64,000 nucleotides of DNA from Neocallimastix sp. 'constans' (taxonomy: Eukaryota): contig JBODTK010000127.1 in the NCBI GenBank assembly GCA_050613775.1, positions 372,001-436,000 on the forward strand, in the 5' to 3' direction. The notes below the pieces were generated by a model. The model saw only the letters and a program-made list of their open reading frames with translations, had not been told where the DNA came from and did not search any database. Below, piece by piece: positions 55,821 through 64,000 of the stretch. Position 1 is the first letter of the stretch, and every line of letters begins with the position of its first letter. A program made the translations under genes and the position numbers.

Positions 55821-56409
55821 TTATTTTTTTTTTTTTTTATTATTATTTTTATTTTTATTATTATTTTTATTTTTATTTTTATTTTTTATTAATAGTAATT
55901 TTTTAAAAATAATAAAAAATTTAAACTCGATATAAATTATGCTTTATATACTAAATGGTATTTAATCAATATTTTTATTTATGTATAATTTGAATATATT
56001 GAAGTCATAACTTAGAACTAATATATTCAAATTATTTTTATGTCTAATTATTATATTCATTATCCCTTATTCCTTATTATTTATTATTTATAATTTATTA
56101 TTGTTATTGTTAAAATAATAATAATTATTATTAGTTCTTCTAATGACATTTGTAGATATTTATTATTATAAATTTTTCATATTTTAAATTTTATTTTAAA
56201 TTTTACTATTTATCATTTATTATTTATTATTAATCATTTATTTATTATTTATAATTTATTATTATTTATCATTTATTATTTATTATTGTAATATTTATAA
56301 TTCATTATTAATGATTTATAGTTATTATTGTTAAGATAATTGTTATTAATTCTTTTAATAACATTTGTAAATAAATAAATAAATAAATAAAAATAAAAAA
56401 ATAAATAAC

Positions 56410-56475
<66 letters not shown>

Positions 56476-56701
56476 TATTATTATTATTATTATTAAATAG
56501 ATTAAATAGTAATAAGTGTCTACAACAAACTAACGCAATTTAATGAATTTTTATATTCATTTATTTAATTTATTCATTTATTTATTTTTATTTTTATTTT
56601 TATTCATATAAACTGTAAAAAGATAAATAATATATATTATTAAAATTTTTTATATGATATCCAATTACTAAGAAATTAAATTTAAATTAGATTATAACAT
56701 A

Positions 56702-58641
56702 TCATAAATTAACTCTAGCTTTTTTATAAGTGGACCAGATCTCTCTTATTTCTTCTAAACCAATTAAACCATCTTCATTAAGTATCCACTAATTAAACGT
56801 GGATCAACGTTTTCAAAATAAACATTACGTACTTCAATATATTGATCACTATCTCTTGTCCACCAATTACCATAGTAATTTCACTAGATTCATTTTCTTC
56901 CATATTAATTTCGTCTTCATCTTCACCAATTTTGTCTCTTTGTGTAACAACAAATACAGGAACTTCACCCTCATGGTAATAATTGGCAGCCATAGATATA
57001 CAAGCACTACCCATCTTATTAAATACTGATCCATCTTTACCAACAACACGATCAACACCTAAAAGACAGTAAATAACCTTATTTGTCTTTAAATAATAAG
57101 CTATAGAAGAGTCAGTAATTACTGTTATACGAATACGAGGATTTTTAGTATTTGGGAAATATCTTAAATTATTGGTTGTAATATAATCATTTATACGTTG
57201 AGCAAGGTACAAAGCACCTTCATTTAATGGACGTGATTCAGAAATAGTAACTTGTAATGTATATGGCTTTGAGCTGCTATGAACGGCATTACATAATACT
57301 AATAAAAATTTATAAATAGTTGAACTGAAACTCGTTGTAAGAATTGAAATATTATAATCTGGTACAATATCAGAATCTTGATAAACATAACTTGGATCAA
57401 ACATTGGAAAAAGGTGTTGTATAGCATCTCTATTAATTCGTTTTTGAACAGTTGTTGCGGAATCTAAATAGTCCTTAATACTTTTTGATAATGAATCTTG
57501 GAATTCAGCAGTATGATCTAATGAACTTCCATGGGAATTGATGAAATTTTTAGCCTCATTTAGAATTACACTTACATCATTAATAATCGATGTACTCATA
57601 GTTGGTCTAATTACTGAAATATGATGTGCAATATTCAATAAATATAGGAAAGTTTGATTTAAATTAATAAATTTTTCTCTTTGTGTTTCCTCTGTAGCAA
57701 CCTTAAGTAATGAGTAATGCTAAAGATTTCCAGGTGTATTCTATAGCACCTGACAATCTATCTCTTTGTAATTCATATAAACCAGTGTGGATTTTATCAG
57801 GTAAATATACACGATCAATTATATCTTTTAGTTGTGGAACAATTTGATATTCATTAATTTTTTTGTGGTTCGACAAATGAAATTTCATTATTTTCGGAAT
57901 CAAGTTTTATCTTTTTTGGATCTGTAATAATCTTAAAAAGATATGGATATATACTTTTGAGATATATAAATATATAATAAAATGAAATTTTTTATATGAA
58001 ATATCTATATATTAAGTACAAAAAAAAAATGAAATACATACCTACACCTTAAGCACCATTATTATTAATTTTTAATGGCTTTCCTGTTCTAATAAAATGA
58101 AAATCGTGTTCACTAAAACCTGTTTTTTCTTTAATATCTGTAAGTGCTCTATGTAAATATGATTTATCGCTTGGTTCAAGACTTTCAGTAATACCTTTAT
58201 ATATTAAATATTTCAAATTGTAAAATAACATAATTAATATTACATTATATTTTAAATTTTTATAAATAAATATATATTACATTATTAAATTACGTTATAA
58301 TATTATAACACTTATATATTTTATACATTTTAATATAACAATATAATTGAAAAAAAAAAATTAAAATACAATAAATTTCAATTACAATTTCATCTTTTAA
58401 AGAATTAATATGAAAAGAAGAAAAATATATTTATAAAATTATTATACATATATAGTAAATTACCTCTCCAATGATTTTGATATGAAGAAACTTTATCACT
58501 TCTTTTTAAAAGTAATATTTTATTTCCATGAGTTTGGGGTAATAATGATTTTTTCCATTTTGGAATAGTTTGGTTAAAAGGTGGATCACTAATAGTTAAT
58601 AAAGAGGTAATTAATCTAAGTTGATTCATTTTAAATTTCAT
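56702..58641 (-). pseudogene. Frameshifted Nudix-domain / eIF2B-alpha-beta-delta-like (sugar-phosphate isomerase fold) fusion gene, 3 exons
   Basis: N-terminal ILLLKRSDKVSSYQNHWRGI and a degenerate Nudix box; SGA; RPTMS; LTTSFSST; ESRPLNEG; LLGVDRV; NKMGS; EENESSEI; VRNVYFENVD; NEDG. About five frame lesions (~58045-58051, 57858-57864, 57706-57719, ~56872, ~56781). Confidence 0.8.
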
Positions 58642-58789
58642 TTATTGTTTACCTATTTTATTTAATAAATTTAACAATTAAATTTGATTAATAACTATAA
58701 TGTTAATTCCAATATTATTTATAATTTTATTTGAAATTTCAACAGTAATAATCTTAAAAGAACGTTAATTTAAAATATATATATATATA

Positions 58790-59042
<253 letters not shown>

Positions 59043-59410
59043 TGGATTTTAAATAATTTAAATTTCACAAAAATATTTAATTTGAATAAAAATCATAAAT
59101 ATATATCAAAAAAGAGTGCAATCATGAAATTAAATTAAATCCAGTAAAATATTATGTAAATTAAGTATTAGATAGTATTTCCAATAAATTGGTTTTCATT
59201 TAATATTTAGAAATATTGGATTCCAAAATCTTCTGTAAAAAGTTTATTTTCATTCAAATTTTAAATCATAACATTTATGTTAATTAGTAAAGTTTATTAA
59301 GCAATTTATTAGTGATTCAACATTAATCATAATTAAGTAAATGCGTCACTTCATTGAAATTTAAATTTACTTACAGCTCTATACCTTTATTTAAAATTAT
59401 TAAATTAACT

Positions 59411-59442
<32 letters not shown>

Positions 59443-59609
59443 ATATTAATACCTTAAAATGAATTCTAATATTAAAAATAAATTTTATTTTAATATCTGA
59501 TATTAGAAAAGGAAAAGAGTTATAATAAATAAAAATTATATGATTAGTTTAAGATCTATTATGTATTGTATTATATATAGCATATTACTTTTTTTCTTTT
59601 TTTTTTCTT

Positions 59610-59680
<71 letters not shown>

Positions 59681-59965
59681 CTTAAATAATAACTTATTAT
59701 ATATTTTTAAATGACCAAAAAGTTTTTTTTTTATACATTTTAATAATGACGAAAAAATTATTATTAATTAATAGTATTTATATTAAAATAATCATTTTAT
59801 TTTCAAAATATGTAATTTAGCCAATAAAGATTAATGGATAAATGGACTATACATCTTAAATACTTTTTTTTTTCTTCACTAGCAATTTTTTATTTTTATT
59901 TTCATTTTTATTAATATTATTATTATTACTATTATTATTATTATTACTATTATTATTATTATTAC

Positions 59966-60019
<54 letters not shown>

Positions 60020-60031
60020 CATTATTATTAC

Positions 60032-60062
<31 letters not shown>

Positions 60063-60546
60063 GTTGTTGTTGTTACCTATTATTGTATATAGACACGCTT
60101 CTATAATTGCTACTTTATAATTATAATTTATAAATAAAAAAACTTTTTATTTCGAGTTTATTTATTTATAAACCATAAAAAGGTTATCAAAAATTAATTA
60201 AACATAATAATATAAATATATAGATGTAATTCTATATTATTAATTTTATGTATATGATAAAAAATATTTTAATTTTATCATATGAATGAACCACTATTTT
60301 ATTTTTGGTTTAATATTTTTTTTATATAAATATATACAATATCTTTTATTTTATGAAAAATAAAAGACAAATAAAATCAGACTTCTTAGATTAAGCTTTA
60401 TTAGTAAATAATGTAAATTGTTTCATAATTTAATATGAATATATTAAACATTTCACTCTAGGTTTTATAATACTATTATTGTTAGAAGCACCCATTTCAT
60501 TCTAGGAATTACTATTCTATTATATTTCTCTTGAATACTTAGGATA

Positions 60547-60664
60547 TTATATCATATATTGGAATGGGACCTTTGATAGTCTCCTCCATTATTGTTGTTA
60601 ATATTTTATATCATATATTGGAATGGGACCTTTGATAGTCTCCTCCATTATTGTTGTTAATATA
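60547..60664. repeat. Near-perfect 59-bp tandem duplication
   Basis: TTATATCATATATTGGAATGGGACCTTTGATAGTCTCCTCCATTATTGTTGTTAATAT starts at both 60547 and 60606. Confidence 0.95.
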
Positions 60665-63367
60665 TATATATACCAGTTTGATATGTATATATATGAGTTA
60701 AAATAATTAAACTTTAATATGTTTTGTAGTTTAACAAAAACCATTGTTTAATAAATGAATTTTTATAAGTAAAGTATATTATTAAATTTTGTTTTGTATA
60801 TTCATGGGTGGAAATAGTTTATCATAAAGTATAATCCTTTATGTATTAATACTGTACTTTATTAATAGCTAGAGTTTTATATGTTAAAATATTAATTATC
60901 ATTTAATGATAAATTTTAAAAAAAATTATCATTTTTGCAAAAAGACTTTTGGATCATATTAATTACAGATTCTTTTTTCATAATATGTGTTATTCTAATG
61001 GAAATGTAACAAATATCATATACCATTTAAGAGGGATATTCATATCATAATGATTTAAATTAAGTTTAATTTCACTGTCCTGTAATTAATATATGTTTTT
61101 CATTCTTATACAAAATCATTTTAAAATTAAATATTAAAAATTATAAAGTATATAATGTAACTTTATTGTTCTTTCAAATATAGTAGGTCAAACACTCTTT
61201 TCAGCGACTATCAATGTTTGTGCAATACAGAGAAACAAAAAATTTAAACAGCAAACCGAAAAAGAAACAATAATAAAAATGAGGATGTTAACAAGGCTCA
61301 GACATCCGTCATTATTTGTATATTTAGTATCTAATAATATTTTTATTTATGTAATTCGAATACTAGCTGTATTGATAAAAATTAATTAAACCGAAAATTT
61401 TATTGGAAGTTTTGTTAAAAAGAATCAATGAAACAATATTAATATATTAGAATCTGATAGTGTAAGTAAATCACCATTTTCTGAATTTGGTATTGCAACT
61501 ATAAGTAAAATACAAAAGAAAAAAAAAATAAACTCAACACTAACATCAAAAATATTAAATATGTACTTCATAGAAGTATATATTAAATGAATATTAGTTT
61601 AATTATAAAAAAAAATATTATTGGTATTTAATACATATATATTTCATAAACTTTTTATATTTTTTACATATATTTATTATATAGTTAAAAGAAATTTCTT
61701 TATCTTAAATTTCCCATTACTGCATTTTTTATATTATTATTACAATATATTTTTATATTGTAATAATAAAAGATATATATATTCTTATATGTTCTTAACA
61801 TATTTTAGGATTAAAAATTATACTTAATATTTGGAATTTATATTATATAATTATATCATTTTTATATTAAATCTTTTTCTTTTTTTTTTTTTAAATATTG
61901 ATATTTTAATTAAATATGTTTTGTAACAATAGTTAATATATTTTATATGATATGAAAGAGAAATAAAAACTCTAATTAATAATAAATTTATGTTAATTAA
62001 TAAATGTAGTAAAAGCGTAAATTTATGTATTAATCTAATTTTTATTGTATTTATATTAGAAAATAATTTATATATTTTATTTTTTAATTTAACCATTAAT
62101 GAAAGTAAATTAATATAGGAAAATTTTATTATAGTAAATAATTATAAAAGAGAAAATACTTAGAAATAGTTTAGTTCTCTGTCCAAGAATAAGATATATT
62201 AGATTTATAGTAATTCTTGAGAATCAAAGTGTAAAAATAAATATTAATTTTAGGAATAAATGTTAGTTTACATTTTAAATAATGATAAGTAAATGTAATT
62301 CTTCTAAATAAATAAAATTTAAATAAAATAATTTTTATAAAACATATAAATTATATCCCCATTCAAAAGAACAAACCTTAAAAGAACCGAACCTGAACTT
62401 CATACTTTATCATATATTACTTTATTAAATTTAGTCATTTTATAAAAATGTCTCATACAATTATTAGATTTTTAAAAATAAAGTTTATAAAAAATATTAA
62501 ATTTATAAAATTTATATGAAATTATTAAAAAAAAAAGTTATTACCAATCTTTATTTAATTTTTCTACATTATTATTAAATTAGTTTATTTATATATTACA
62601 TATATTAATATATTTTGTAATGTTTATTTAGTATAGATTAAAAATTTTAATTAAATAATATTTAAATATCATATAATATATTTTATTAATAATAAAATTA
62701 CATATTAATATTATTATTTAATATTTATTTTGAAGGTATAAAAAATATTATAGACTATATAGTATTTATTCCATATAATATTTTATATCTATATTACTAT
62801 TTAATTTTAATATATTTTGTGCTATTTTGTATATTTATTATTCTTTTTTTTTTTATTGTGAAATAATCTATTCATTAATTAAATTGTCATTGTTTTAAAC
62901 TAAAATCATTTTTATATCATTAATAAATAAGGTTGAACAGTTTTAATACAATATATTAATATATTATTTATTATAATATTTATTATTAATCAAAAATAAT
63001 AATAATAATAATTATTATTATTCTATATCTATTCATATTATTTTATATATTTAAAAAAAATTTTTTATATTATATTATTAATTTTTTTTTTTTTTTTTTT
63101 TAAATTTTAATTTTATTTTATATAAAAAAGTTTATTAATTTATCAATATTTATAAAGGTTTAAATAATTCCTTTACTTTAGTTTAAATTCAATTATACTT
63201 TTAATTAAAATTATATAAATAATAAAGTAAAAAAATTGATTTTTTTTATTTTATTAAGTATTAATTTAATTAAATGAAAATAAAGTTTTATTTCTGGTAA
63301 AAATAAAACGATAATAAAAAAATAATTAATAATAAAGGTAGAATTATTTTATTTTAAAAAAAAAAAA

Positions 63368-64000
63368 ATGAAATTCTTCGCCATTATTACATTCTTTTTA
63401 TTGACACTAATCAAATATTCTTTTGCAGTTTGGGAAACTCTTATCAGCAATTCCCTTACTGATTATGAAACCTTTGAAAAATATTGGAATTATAAATATC
63501 CATGGGGTTCAGGTATATAATTATATATTCTTAAATAATATTTATTAAAATTAAAAATATGAAAATAATTGTTAAAAAAAAAGATTAAAAATAAAAATAT
63601 GAAAAGAAATCCTAAGAATAAAAGTATATATCAGATATTAAATAAATATACAATATTAATGTTTATAATTTTAAAGATCACAATGGTTCAGCTCGTATGT
63701 ATGGTACTAGTACTGATCATACACACGTTTATTTAAAGGAAAATACAGTTGTTCTTTTTGCTAAAAGAATTAACTGGGATGAAGGAAAAAGTACTTCTAA
63801 CCCACATCCAGCAATTCATTATCATTCTGGTGCAATCCACTCAAAGCAAACTTTCACGGTAAATGATCAATATCCAAACTATGAAATTAAAGGTGAATTC
63901 ATGGTTCCAACTAATTCAGGTACATGGCCAGCGTTCTGGTTAAATGGTGCAAAAACATGGCCACCAGAAATTGATATTGTTGAATTTAAGGGTAGTAACG
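63368..64000 (+). CDS. Secreted GH16 glycoside hydrolase, endo-beta-1,3-galactanase-like; exons 63368-63512 and 63677->64000, truncated by window end
   Basis: Signal peptide MKFFAIITFFLLTLIKYSFA; WNYKYPWGSDHNGSARM spans the intron; HYHSGAIH; GTWPAFWL; catalytic WPPEIDIVE (EIDIVE at 63967-63984). Absent from the supplied ORF track. Confidence 0.88.

Noticed and set aside
56702..58641. Programmed frameshifting, stop readthrough or an alternative genetic code to rescue the Nudix/eIF2B-like gene
   Set aside because: Five heterogeneous lesions including a 7-bp duplication; all other genes read in the standard code with normal stops.

Overview
Eukaryotic, extremely AT-rich genomic DNA with short GT-AG introns, long homopolymers and microsatellites. 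Composition, flagellar genes and a secreted plant-polysaccharide hydrolase point to an anaerobic gut fungus (Neocallimastigomycota); this is an inference. I spliced the genes by hand, and exon phases closed in frame for all intact models. Intact genes: Hsp104/ClpB, Erv41/ERGIC2-like, ZNF474-like C2HC zinc finger, Msn2/Seb1/SteA-type C2H2 factor, kinesin-2 motor, Prp38, APE1-type AP endonuclease, an uncharacterised 898-aa protein, Pus3/Deg1, a CFAP97D-like protein, and the 5' part of a GH16 endo-beta-1,3-galactanase-like gene. Decayed material: a 5'-truncated LINE with 3' hairpins, an older LINE RT relic, a MITE-like element, an internally deleted P5A-ATPase (Spf1) pseudogene and a frameshifted Nudix/eIF2B-like fusion pseudogene. 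Best leads: (1) the 898-aa protein, whose motifs resemble, from memory, an uncharacterised bacterial domain often fused to HDAC-family deacetylases (possible GNAT-like acyltransferase), here split by a ~470-aa low-complexity insert; (2) a Hub1-binding HIND motif at the Prp38 C-terminus; (3) a ~100-bp, 10-bp-phased TTC array (heat-shock element) upstream of HSP104; (4) about half of the inferred splice acceptors are AAG. All family calls come from motif recognition; no searches were run.
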